A stretch of 64,000 nucleotides of DNA from Gekko japonicus (taxonomy: Eukaryota), in the NCBI RefSeq assembly GCF_001447785.1, contig NW_015163619.1, positions 338,514-402,513 on the forward strand, written 5' to 3'. The notes beneath the pieces are model-generated. The model made no database searches, had not been told where the DNA came from, and saw only the letters and a list, made by a program, of their open reading frames with translations. Of the stretch, positions 36,940 to 48,749 are shown in pieces. The position numbers were made by a program, and so were the translations under genes. The stretch's first letter is position 1. Each line of letters opens with the position of its first letter.

Positions 36940-37043
36940 TCTCTGGTACCTTGTGTTACATTTTATGGCACACATGGCCCACCCTGACAAAGGGACATTT
37001 ATGTCAGATCCGGCACTCGTAACAAATGAGTTTGACACCTCTG
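36940..37043. mobile_element. hAT MITE end, family of 55945-56378
   Basis: GACATTTATGTCAGATC..GAGTTTGACACCTCTG is the reverse complement of the left part of the 55945 element. Confidence 0.7.
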
Positions 37044-38276
37044 GGTTAATTGAGCGAAAACCACTAAAACAGTTCATGGAAGAAGGGAGATTCGCCTAAC
37101 TTTTATGCTACTCCCATTTATTCTAAATACAAAACTGAACAGATTTCTATGAAAGATGAGTTCAGTACTCTGTCTTATACTCACACATTTACACACATAA
37201 GCATGCATGCACATGCGCACCCAAAGGGCTTTTAAAAGCAATCTTAAACAGGTCTTCTCAGAATCCTACTCATATGTATCCTCTTGGGCATACTCCCAAG
37301 AAAGCATTCTTAGGATTGCACTGTTAATATTATTGTTCATAGTGGTTGTTCTCCAGCACTGGAACCTCTTCCCAACAAATCAAGAACAGCATCTGACCTT
37401 GAATGAGCAATAAAGGACCTATGTAGAAAAGTGTTCTGTGGTCTTCTTGAGCATCTTTAGCATTATGCATGGCTTTATAATTTATTTTCAAGACTACATT
37501 ACTAGTTAAAATATTGTTGGTCTCACCCAAACTCTCAAGGACCAGATAATTAAAAACCTGAATTTTAAATGAATATTGTACTATGTGTTAATGGCAATTT
37601 ATACTCCTACTCATATCAAATATCCGCTTCTGAAAACAGTAACAAAAAAGTGGAAACTAACAAAGTTAACAAAGATAAAGAGAGCTTCGTCTCTCAGAAG
37701 CTCACATATAAAGGTATTTTTGCTGCAGTTTCTAACTATGCTCTGCACTCCATAGTCATATAAGTTATATTTCATATTCAACACACAAGTAATAAAGGGT
37801 CATATTCAAAATAGGTTTTTAATATTCACTTTTAGGAGTATGTATTTCTGCTGTGTCCCATCCTGCATATGCATCATTTTCTCCTAAAGTGCTTTAATGA
37901 GACTTCCTAAGTTTAAATTAGCAATAACGTTTTTAAAAGTCTATTACCACAAGCAAGCAAAAAAAATTGAAAGAGAAATTAAACATATAAGAGGCACATT
38001 TGGTGAGAAAGCTGTGATTATTTCTCCAACTCAGCTCTTCTAAAAAAAGATTTGGGACCTGTTTATCTTGTAAAAGGTAGCAACAACAGCAAACTGAGTG
38101 GATCTAATTGGCAAGCAGGTTTGTGAGCATTTCAGCTCTCATCTTCTACATTTTGTGATGACAACAGCAAAATTCCCACTCGCTCACATCAAAATCAGAG
38201 GGTCTTGGCATAAGAATGGAAGAAGAGGCCTATCAGACCACAGGGTCTTCTTGCAGCTACAGCGTGTGGGCAGATG

Positions 38277-38688
38277 CAGGGGTCGTTTCATAGAAAAAGA
38301 GCTAGGGGAACTCATTAGCATAACTCATTAGCATATGCCACACCTCCTGACATCTCCGGAAGTGTGTCATAAGGCCACACTCCCCGCCCCCAAGGGTCCC
38401 GGCCGCCGCCGCTGGCCTTGCAGCTTCACTGCCGGCGGTGGACCTGCAAGGCCAGCGGGAGTGCAAGGAAGCCCCGCGAAGGCCCTCCCTGGCCCCAGGC
38501 AGGCAGGGGTGGGGAGAGGCAGGGAGGAAGCAACTTACCCTCCCTCTTCTCCTGCCTCCCCCTGGCTGAATGAGGGCTGGAAGCGGGGTGGCTGGAAGCA
38601 GGGGGCGGGGCTTCGTCATGTGCCCCGTCCCCCATACCTCACCCAGGGGAACTGCGATCCCCCGCAATCCCCCCCGAAATGACCTCTG
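38277..38688. mobile_element. hAT MITE
   Basis: TIRs CAGGGGTCGTTTC / GAAATGACCTCTG; perfect TSD GGCAGATG (38269-76, 38689-96). Confidence 0.9.
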
Positions 38689-38739
38689 GGCAGATGAAGT
38701 AAGCCACCCTCCATCACTGACAAGGAAAGGGAAGGCAGA

Positions 38740-38912
38740 GGGACCATGACTCAGGGGTAGAGGCTCCAGGTTCAATCCCTGGCATCTCCAGTTAAAAGAA
38801 CTAGGAACTGTGAAAGAGCTCTTCCTGAGACCCTGGAGGACCAGTTCCAGCCAGAATCGACAATACTTATCTAGGCAGATCAGTAGTCTGACAGTAAGGC
38901 AACTTCATGTGA
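38740..38912 (+). mobile_element. Squam2-like SINE
   Basis: GACTCAGGGGTAGAG..GGTTCAATCCCTGGCATCTCCAG..AAGGCAACTTCATGTG. Confidence 0.75.
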
Positions 38913-38919
38913 AGTTGGC

Positions 38920-39286
38920 ACCCAACCCTGCAAGCATCGCGTGGAGGCACTACAGCCACCATAGCCAAAATTACAGCATACGAAAATCATAAGGGCGTAG
39001 CCACAAAATTGCTGCCACAAATGGCTCCTGCAGGAGGCAGAGTCATCTACAAAATGGCTGCTGCAGCTTACCCTCTATCACATATTGAAGATCCCTGTGC
39101 TGTGGTGGCAGCCGTTGCCAAAGCAACATTTCTTTAAAAAATCTGCACAGCCAATCAAATCTCCTGTCACCTTGTTGGGCCAAAGTCTCACCTGGCCCCA
39201 CCTGCTTTCCAAAAAGAGTCGGTGGGTACCAAGAAAGGTTTTAGCGGGCTCCATAGCGCCCACGGGCACCACGCTGGAGACCCCTG
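38920..39286. mobile_element. hAT MITE, one end only
   Basis: Repeated CACAAAATGGCTGC motifs and end GGGCACCACGCTGGAGACCCCTG; other end not seen. Confidence 0.6.
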
Positions 39287-40189
39287 TTCTGGAGTCTGCA
39301 CTACCAATTTTTACTGTAAGTGATCTCAGTTTGCTGGCACAACACCAACACCAGTATATATAGCTTCATGACACCCCTTTTCCACAAGCTGGAACCTGCT
39401 AGGCAAATCACTGGGATGCTGGGTGGCAGGCCCAGATTCTGGGTGAAACCTTCCCAACTGGAGGAGCATGGCAATCCTCAGAAAGCAGAATACCTTTCTT
39501 GGCAAGTGAGAACTGGATATAGTTATCCATAGATATCCACAGGTAAAGTATTTAAGGGAAAGATAGCAAGCTTCCATGGCAGGCAGTATAAATTCAGGAA
39601 AGTCTGGTGCCTCAGCACTTTCTGATTTTAGAAATTAAGGATGTCACTGAAATCAAAACAATTGTCTGTAGTGCAGCTGTGCTGATCCATGAGAAAGGCC
39701 TAGGAGAGGGCTCAAGTGTGCTGGAGTAGATAGGCCGGAGGGAGGGAGATTTTGTAAATTTATTCCACTCTTCAGGGCGTACCTTTGCATGTAAAATGTC
39801 AGATTGTATCCATTTGATGGCACAGAACAGTGTATATGCTGAGTGCCTTTCCCTGGACGATTACAACCGGGTTTTGACACAGTGAAAAAGGCAGACTAAG
39901 AATAATTCAGTTACGGTAGGAGGGTGGTCATAGAACATATAGTATAGTTGCCATGGAAGTCTGGACACAACTAGTTCTTCTTGTATTTATAGCACCTAGT
40001 TTAGGTGGGGCAAAGCCCATTTACCTTGCTCTCCTTTCGTAGAGTTTTCAGCAAAAGAACAGAACTTTTGATAACTTTTCTTCCTCGTCTCTTTAGCCTG
40101 TCAGCAAGTTTTTATGTGATGAAATAAAATAGGAAAACTGTTCCAAATGTGTTCAAGTTACTTTGCAATGGGTTGTGTTTGACATGCAG

Positions 40190-40690
40190 CAATTTATTTA
40201 TATATAATTATTTAGTATATTTCTGTGCCACCTCTTCTGAGTCCTTCTCAAGACAGTTTACAACCAGTGTTCCCTCTAAGCTGAGTTAGTGTTAGCTAGC
40301 TCACAGTTTTTTAGCTTCTGGCTCACACGTTTTTGTCTTTGCTCAAGAAGGATGGCTCCAGAGCACACTAATTTATGCAGTAGCCAAATCGCTTGCTCAC
40401 AACTTGAATGCCAATAGCTCACAAAAAGTAGAATTTTTGCTCACAAGATGCCACAGCTTAGAGGGAGCATTGCTTACAACTATTTAAAACCATGTAACGG
40501 TATGAAAAACAAGCCATTAAAAAGAAGCCATTGGACATAAGCAGCATGAAAACTATCCATAAAGCAGAAACAAACCATTAAAAAACTGATAAGATAAAAC
40601 CCATAATTAAAATCTTGGGTAAAAGATCTGTTTTTACCTGGCACCTAAAATAAATTAAAGCAGGTGCCAGGCCAGCTTTACAGTTCAGGG
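40190..40690 (-). mobile_element. L2 LINE 3' region hosting a MITE
   Basis: (TTTA)n tail, CTCAAGACAGTTTACAAC, AAAATCTTGGGTAAAAGA..TTTTACCTGGCACCTAAAA. Confidence 0.6.
40265..40472. mobile_element. hAT MITE, CAGTGTTCCCTCTAAG family
   Basis: TIRs as in 25830-26015; TSD TTTACAAC/CTTACAAC (7/8). Confidence 0.9.
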
Positions 40691-42207
40691 GGGGGGGCGC
40701 TCAATTTTAGTTTTTATTGCAAAAAGAAAAGAAAAAGAAAAATACATAAAATAGAAGACTTTGATTTTCTCTACAACTAATATAAGTTTTATTACAAAGT
40801 TCTTCCTTGTTCTATATATAGTAAAAAGAGCTCTCCTTTTTTTGTATCTCAATATCCAGCCTTCCTCTTCTGACTAATGGGGATGCACACTAGAATCTAT
40901 TGATGTTCATTGTTACATGCAATCAATAGACCACAGCTAAAACTGTAAGGGAGCCAGCAATGATTGGTCCCAGGGTGTAGCCATAAGGTATGTGATTGCA
41001 GCCTGGTCAGTGCTGGATGGGAGACCCCCATATGAATCCATGTGTATACTATTTTGAATTCTATGATGGGTAGTGTAATGGCAGCTACCTTGTATTGGTT
41101 AGGGTGTCAGATTAGTGTCTGGAAGCTCCAGGTTCAAATTCATACTCTGCTCTGAAAGNNNNNNNNNNNNNNNNNNNNNNNNNNNNNNNNNNNNNNNNNN
41201 NNNNNNNNNNNNNNNNNNNNNNNNNNNNNNNNNNNNNNNNNNNNNNNNNNNNNNNNNNNNNNNNNNNNNNNNNNNNNNNNNNNNNNNNNNNNNNNNNNNN
41301 NNNNNNNNNNNNNNNNNNNNNNNNNNNNNNNNNNNNNNNNNNNNNNNNNNNNNNNNNNNNNNNNNNNNNNNNNNNNNNNNNNNNNNNNNNNNNNNNNNNN
41401 NNNNNNNNNNNNNNNNNNNNNNNNNNNNNNNNNNNNNNNNNNNNNNNNNNNNNNNNNNNNNNNNNNNNNNNNNNNNNNNNNNNNNNNNNNNNNNNNNNNN
41501 NNNNNNNNNNNNNNNNNNNNNNNNNNNNNNNNNNNNNNNNNNNNNNNNNNNNNNNNNNNNNNNNNNNNNNNNNNNNNNNNNNNNNNNNNNNNNNNNNNNN
41601 NNNNNNNNNNNNNNNNNNNNNNNNNNNNNNNNNNNNNNNNNNNNNNNNNNNNNNNNNNNNNNNNNNNNNNNNNNNNNNNNNNNNNNNNNNNNNNNNNNNN
41701 NNNNNNNNNNNNNNNNNNNNNNNNNNNNNNNNNNNNNNNNNNNNNNNNNNNNNNNNNNNNNNNNNNNNNNNNNNNNNNNNNNNNNNNNNNNNNNNNNNNN
41801 NNNNNNNNNNNNNNNNNNNNNNNNNNNNNNNNNNNNNNNNNNNNNNNNNNNNNNNNNNNNNNNNNNNNNNNNNNNNNNNNNNNNNNNNNNNNNNNNNNNN
41901 NNNNNNNNNNNNNNNNNNNNNNNNNNNNNNNNNNNNNNNNNNNNNNNNNNNNNNNNNNNNNNNNNNNNNNNNNNNNNNNNNNNNNNNNNNNNNNNNNNNN
42001 NNNNNNNNNNNNNNNNNNNNNNNNNNNNNNNNNNNNNNNNNNNNNNNNNNNNNNNNNNNNNNNNNNNNNNNNNNNNNNNNNNNNNNNNNNNNNNNNNNNN
42101 NNNNNNNNNNNNNNNNNNNNNNNNNNNNNNNNNNNNNNNNNNNNNNNNNCTGGGACTTGATGGCAAAAAAAAAATAGAGGAGGGAGGAGTAGTGGTTAAG
42201 TGCGTGG

Positions 42208-42499
42208 AGCCAGTTTGGTGTAGTGGGTAAGTGTGCAGACTCTAATCTGGGAGAACCAGGTTTGATTCCCCACTCCTGCACTTGCACCTGCTGGATGGCC
42301 TTGGGCAAGCCGTAGTTCTGATAAGAGCTGTTCTTGAAAAAGAGCAGTTTCTGTCAGAGCTCTCTCAGCCCCACCTACCTCACAGGGTGTCTGTTGTGGG
42401 GAGGGGAAGGGAAAGGAGTTTGTAAGTCGCTCTGAGACACCTTTGGGTAGTGAAGGGCGGGATATAAATCCAATCCAATCCCTTCTCTTCTTCTCTTCT
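42208..42499 (+). mobile_element. Full-length young Squam3-like SINE
   Basis: AGCCAGTTTGGTGTAGTGG A-box, GGTTTGATTCCCC B-box, CORE-like middle, L2-like tail with (TTC)n. Confidence 0.85.
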
Positions 42500-42859
42500 T
42501 TAAAAATTATCTGTCCCAAGTGCCATATAAGATAGGTATGCCACTGCTGGTTGTCATCCACGTATTGGTCGTACCTCACTCCAATTCCCCAGATGACCTC
42601 TCACAGTGGTAGATGTAGATGCTGAACAGTGGGGGGGGGACCCTGTAGGTCTCCATTGCATAAATGCCATGAGGCTGATCAGTAGTCCCCCAGCACCACC
42701 TTCTGGAATTGATTGGTCAAATAAAAGTGGAACCACAGAAACACCGTGCTGCCTATTCCCAGCCCAGCCAGCCTTTCCAGGAGGCTACCATGGTCAGTGC
42801 TATCGAAAGTCATTCACTGGTCCAAGAGAATCAACAGCAAAGATGACTAGTATGATATC

Positions 42860-43330
42860 TTAGTAAAGATCACTAGTATGGCCAACCAAGGCTATTTCCA
42901 TCCCAAAGACAAGCCTGAATCCAGACTGAAATGGGTTTAGATAATCTGTCTTCTCCAAGACCACCTGACGCTGTGTAACCACGATCCATTCAAACACCTT
43001 GCCTAAGAATAGAATATTAACTACAGGGTGGTAGATGTTTTGGTCATTTGGGTCCAGGGATGCCTTATTCAGGAAGGGTCTAACAACTGCCTCTTTTAAA
43101 CCAATCAGAACTATAGCCTGCTGCAGAGACGTATTCATTACCTCCTCGACCCAGTCAACCAATCCAGCCCAGCATGATACTAATAGCCATGAGAAGTGAG
43201 TGTGAAGACTGGATGTTGTGGGCCACACATTTTGAAGCACCTTGTCTACTATATCAGGCCTCACCAACTGAAAGTCATCCATACAACTTGGACTGAACTG
43301 CACTGCAATAACATCCTGAAATTAAGACAG
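42860..43330 (-). pseudogene. L2 LINE reverse transcriptase fragment
   Basis: PTTS..FSWL..LKEAVVRP..SLDP..YHPVVNILFLGKV..DYLNPFQSGFR..G.EIALV matches the L2 RT N-terminal motifs. Confidence 0.9.
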
Positions 43331-44572
43331 TCCAGCGCTGGTGTCAAAGTCATGGCCCATGCAAGCAATTTAATCAGCAAGTGACATTAGTTAACATTAT
43401 GCCATGAAAAGTGTCAGCTGCCCATTTCACTAACTGAACCCCTATTAATGGGACAGAACATTTTTTTCCTATCCGGTTGGCAACCTTAGCCACAAGGAAG
43501 GAATGAGAAATTCCCCACTGCTATGCTTCCTCCTCTATCCAGGATTTCCTTCTCTGTCTGTGCCCCAGCATGGCTCATTCCCTCCTTGAGTGAGAGAAGA
43601 GAGAGACAACAGATTTAGCCCTACTTCTCTGCATGAAAGTTCTGCAAGCCAACAACCCCTATCCAGATGGGAATGATAATGTCAGTAGAAGGCTAATAAA
43701 GTGGGGATCAATGAAATCCCCAAAATTTGGAGCCTACGCTGTTCATGATCTTTGTTATGGGAGCACAGAACTGAGGATCTTTCCCCCAACCCCTTTCCAC
43801 CAGAGGAAGGGCAGAGCCATCATTCAAAGAATGTACATGCTTGCGAAACTGTAGAAGCCTGGACCCTCCTCTCTCCCCATTATAGTTAGGGTATATACAT
43901 AATAACACACCAGAACAAAAAAAATATGGAAACATGGGGCCAATACTATAGGCCTTTCATTGGGTCTGGGGAACCTGCCTCTTGTGCCCTAAAGTGGTGC
44001 TGATTAAAAGAACAGGGGTTGCCCATCACTACAGCAGAAGCTTCAAACAGAGCCCATTCTGGTATTCCAGAAGAATTGCCAGAGAGGAAAAGAACACGCA
44101 ACTTGAGATTCCTCTGCCCATGCTTGTGTGGTTGGGGAAATATGAAGGGTGAATAATTTCAATGCCACAATGTCCACTGACATGTTGCTCCTCAGGTCTA
44201 ATTCCAGATGCCACTAATGATGGAACAACAATGATTAGATCTCAAATAATAGCCTCCATGTAGAACTACCTGGGAAACAGACAAGACGTTTGTCTCTTTT
44301 GTTCTTTGGTTCTGGTTCCTCAAAGTTATACAATATTTAACAAAAAAAATATTGGCGCAAAAGTGGTAAAGGAGAGTGAATCCCACTAGAGAGAGATTTG
44401 GCAGAAATCCATTTATTGCTAAGATTTAGTAGCAATTCTTTCTCACCCAATGAGCACAGTCTGAGAATAGAATTGTGCTATCAGTGTTTCATATTTTCTT
44501 TTTTGTCAGGAAATAGGATAACTGTTTATTCTATAAAAGACAACTAATAAACAACAGTGTCAACCGGGCTTA

Positions 44573-45126
44573 GGACCAAAATACACAGTAAGTGTGACAG
44601 AAGTCAGGCCACTGGTACCTGACCCAACTTGTCGTCACACGCAATACTGGAGAAACTCACCTTCAAAGCATTCTGTTGCTCCACTGGGCTTGGGAGTGCT
44701 GCGAGGGCTACAGGTTTCCCTTCCACGCTATTTCTGCCGGTGGAAATGGGGGGAGGGCTTTTGTCCCTTCCTTGGGCTCTGCATTTCCTGAAATGGACAT
44801 GTGGATCCCATGACTGGGCAAACAGCCCCCCACAGCCATTTCTGCTGGCAAAAACAGTCGATAATCTGTCTTCTCCAAGACCACCTGAAGCTGTGTAGCC
44901 ACGATCCATTCAAACACCTTGCCTAAGAATGGCCCACAGCCATTTCTGCTGGCAAAAACAGTGAGGGAGGGAAGCCTGAAGTCCCTTCTCCCCCCCTACA
45001 ACACTCCGAAGGCAGCAAAGCAACAGGACACTTAGGTTGTGAGTTCTCCTGATCATATGTGCGACTACAAGTTGAGTTGGGCCCCTGTGATCGGACTTGT
45101 ATTACATGTATCATGCATTTTGGCCC
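44573..45126. mobile_element. Probable Harbinger-like MITE
   Basis: Ends GGACCAAAATACA / TGCATTTTGGCCC with TTA/TCA flanks. Confidence 0.55.
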
Positions 45127-48100
45127 TCAAGTAGACCTGAACCCTTGCATAGAGGCCCTCTAGGAATTGGTGCTAAAGCAATGGAGCCACAACACTGTAT
45201 GATTTACAGATGTTGAATGGTAATTTATGCCAAATTAATTGTTTGTGGGAGAGCTGGAAAGGGCTGGAGTTAAATTCTTTTCAAAGTGTGAAGTACATAA
45301 ATGTATCATTGTAGCATGTGTAAGCTTTCATCAAGGAAGATCCATAATTATCATACTTTAAAATGAGGCTATAAGGCAGATGCCATGCTTGCAGGATTTT
45401 GTGGTCTGTGGTACGCATCTTTGCTTTTCAAACAAAAGAAAATTCCTTGTCTTCTTTGGATAAATACAGCTTTATAAAAATAGTGACTTTTCATTGTTTG
45501 AAAGAGGACAGATGAAATAAAAAGGGTTCCATAGATGTCTATTGCCATGTGGGTGTGGTTTAAGTAAGCTAATATTTGCACATGGAAATCATTTACGGTT
45601 ATAAAGGACAGGCTTTTGTGGCCCGCAGAATGATTGATTATACATTTGCAGCTGGAGATTAAATGCAGCCACAGCTGTAGCAGTAGCAGGCAACCTTTTG
45701 CTATTGTGCCAGAACAACAGTAAACAACAGCTCATGTCATTAATTGTTTCTGCAACCTCACGTTCTGGGGGCTTTATTTCTAATGTTAATCATTCTCTGT
45801 TTTCTTTTCTTTTTTAGAAACTAGCATGACTTGGTTTTAAAGTAATTATACCTTTAAAGACACGTTGTGGACCTGACATAAAAGAGATGGATCCAACAAC
45901 CTCTGTAATATTGGGGGTCATCATTCCATTCTTCAGATCCAGCAGCCAGAAGTATCAAGTGTGTTTTGCCATACAAGCCAACACATTCATATGCCAATGC
46001 TAAACAGTTCCTTTAGCAGTAAAATCTTTGCTGTTTTGATGCACAGGTATCCAGCCAAAGAGATGGAACACAGGCTGGGATCTCTTTCTCCCTTTGGTTT
46101 CTTGTGAATGAAAGCACAGCAAATGTCTTGATTCAACTTTTGTGCTGTTGCCAGAGACCAGACAGAACGGCCCAAGAGCAACCAATTAACCATTACTGCC
46201 TATAAGGATGCTTTCTTCTCTGTTCATCTCTTCATTTTTCCACAAAATATGGTGTGTAGTGGGAAAATACAGTGAAGAGGATGCAATTACTTTTTTGCAA
46301 TTGTCAAACCACTCAGTTCAGCAGTAATCCTATTATTTTCCTTTAAAATAAGTAGTTGGGACTTTCTGATGTTTGAAGACAGTATGGAAGTTTATTGTTG
46401 TTAATACAAGCTGGGCACCCAACAGAAATTGTTGAAGAGAAGAACAATTTGTAAATCCTACTCTGGAAATTTCCCTCTCCAAGTTTCTACATATTCTCAC
46501 ATAAGCAGCTTGAATATGTAGTTTTCTCTTCCCAATTTTTCCTTGAACTGATACATTGAACAGTACTCAACATTCAGTGCTTCCGGGAGACTGTTAAGCC
46601 CTTATCTGATATTTTTATGATTCTGGCTAATTATAAGATCATACATTTCTGAATATCTATGTGGTCTCCCTAGAATATGTAGAGACCACTCCTACCTTGC
46701 CAATAGACTGAGCCAATACAGAGTAGGTAGGAGTGGGGGGGGGGGAGCAGAGTAATTTGATGTAGTCAAGTTTCTGAGGCCGTTTGAGCAGGGGATCTTC
46801 CTTCCAGCCCCAGGTGGAGAAGTGCAGCTTGAAGTGGTATACCTCTGCTCTAAGGAGAACCATGTTAGCAATATTCTGCAACAACACAATAGCATTTATC
46901 AAGATCCATAACTTGGCAGGGACATTTTGTGGAAGTCAAAGTAAGCAGGCATTTATTTTCTTTTTTAAAGTTTTTATTTATGGTTTTTACAATGTAAACA
47001 ATATATGCTAAATAAAATAATTTCGAGTCTACTTTTCCGATTTGTTATCCAACCATTTATACACTCTTAGATATACTACTTCATCCTTTCCTTGCAATAC
47101 AATGTTCAATCTATCCATTTCTGCAAATTCCAACAATTTCTGAGCTATGTCCTCTCTTGAGGGAGTTCTATCAATCTTCCAATATTTAGCCAATAAAATT
47201 CTAGCTGACGTTAAAATATGTCAACATATACACATCATTTTGCTCATAACCATCTGGAATTATGTTCAACAAACATTTCTGGTGTTAATACTAAATTTAT
47301 GTTCAGTATTTCTAGAATTATCTTACGTATTTTCAGCCAAAAACTATGAATTTTCCCACATCTCCACCACATGTGATAAAATGTTCCTACATTTGTTTTA
47401 CATTTCCAATACCATCTGTGGAACATTTTATAAATGTTTTCTTTGTATGATGTGGCTCTCATAACTTTTATTGCTTTCCAAATTTTTGACCACTCATCTA
47501 AATCTATATTATGACCTATATCCTGCATCCATGTAATCATCGTTGTTTTCACTATTTCATCCTGCATATAATCTTCTAACAGAAACTTGTATAATTTTTA
47601 AATAATTTTATCATTCATAGACAACCAGATTTTATCAAGTTCATTTTTTGTCCCATAGAAACCAATTACATTATCTTTATTATATCTAGACTTTAATTGT
47701 ACATTTTCCCACCATGTCAATTTTATATTATGTGATTTTAGTTTATTATTTTTATCTAATACCATCTCATAGTGTTCTCTATGGTTTTCAGTAACGAGCA
47801 TGGGTTTTATAAATGCTTCTAAAGGTGATACCCATTTTGTATGTTTTATATAATGACGTCCTTTTATTTCTTTCCAGATTTTTATCAATGTGCCCCTTAT
47901 TATATGTTGTTGAAAATTTGAGTGAATTCTGTCTTTCCCATACCACACATATGCATGCCATCCCATACTTAAGTCGTGCCCTTCAGGAGTCAAGATTCTT
48001 ATATTTTCCAATGTTAGCCATTCTTTTATCCATCCTAAGGAAACTGCCTGGTAGTATATATTCCAATTAGGTAGACCAAAGTCACCTCTTTCTTTTCTAT

Positions 48101-48749
48101 CTTGTAAAGTTTTCCATTTAATCCTTGGCCTCTTGGGATGCCAAACAAATTGCCTGATAGCTCTATCAAGATCCGTGAAGTACTGTTTTCTCTTCAAAAT
48201 TGGTTAAATTTGGGCTAAAAATAAAAATCTCGGCAGTATATTCATTTTTATGGTTGCTATTTTGCCCATAAATGATAGATCTAAGTCCTTCCATTTAAGC
48301 AAATCTTTTTTTCTTTCTTCCAAAAGTTTAGTATAGTTATCTTCCATCAATGAACTACTTCTATTGGACAGTACTATGCCTAGATATTTAACCTTTTTTG
48401 TTATTTCCATGGAGGAAATTTTGTGTATCTCTTGTATTTGGTTTTGCATACAGTTTTTAGTTAATATATTTGTCTTCTTGCAGTTTATTTTAAGGCCTGC
48501 TACTTGACCATATTCTTGAATTAATTCCATCAAGTGATTGATTGATGTTATGGGGTCTTCTATTATGAAAACAAGATCATCAGCAAAGGCTTGTAAATTA
48601 AATTCCTCTCCTCTTATTTTAAGACCTCTTATCTGGTCATTTTCTCTCACTAGGTCATTCAGCATTTCCAGAGCAAAAATAAACAATAATGGTGATAGAG
48701 GGCAGCCTTGCCTTGTCCCTTTCTGTATTTCAGTGTTTTGAGTCATATT

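Noticed and set aside
40025-40097. 73-nt minus-strand AG..GT segment open in two frames
   Set aside because: Weak polypyrimidine tract, unrecognised peptide, no partner exons.
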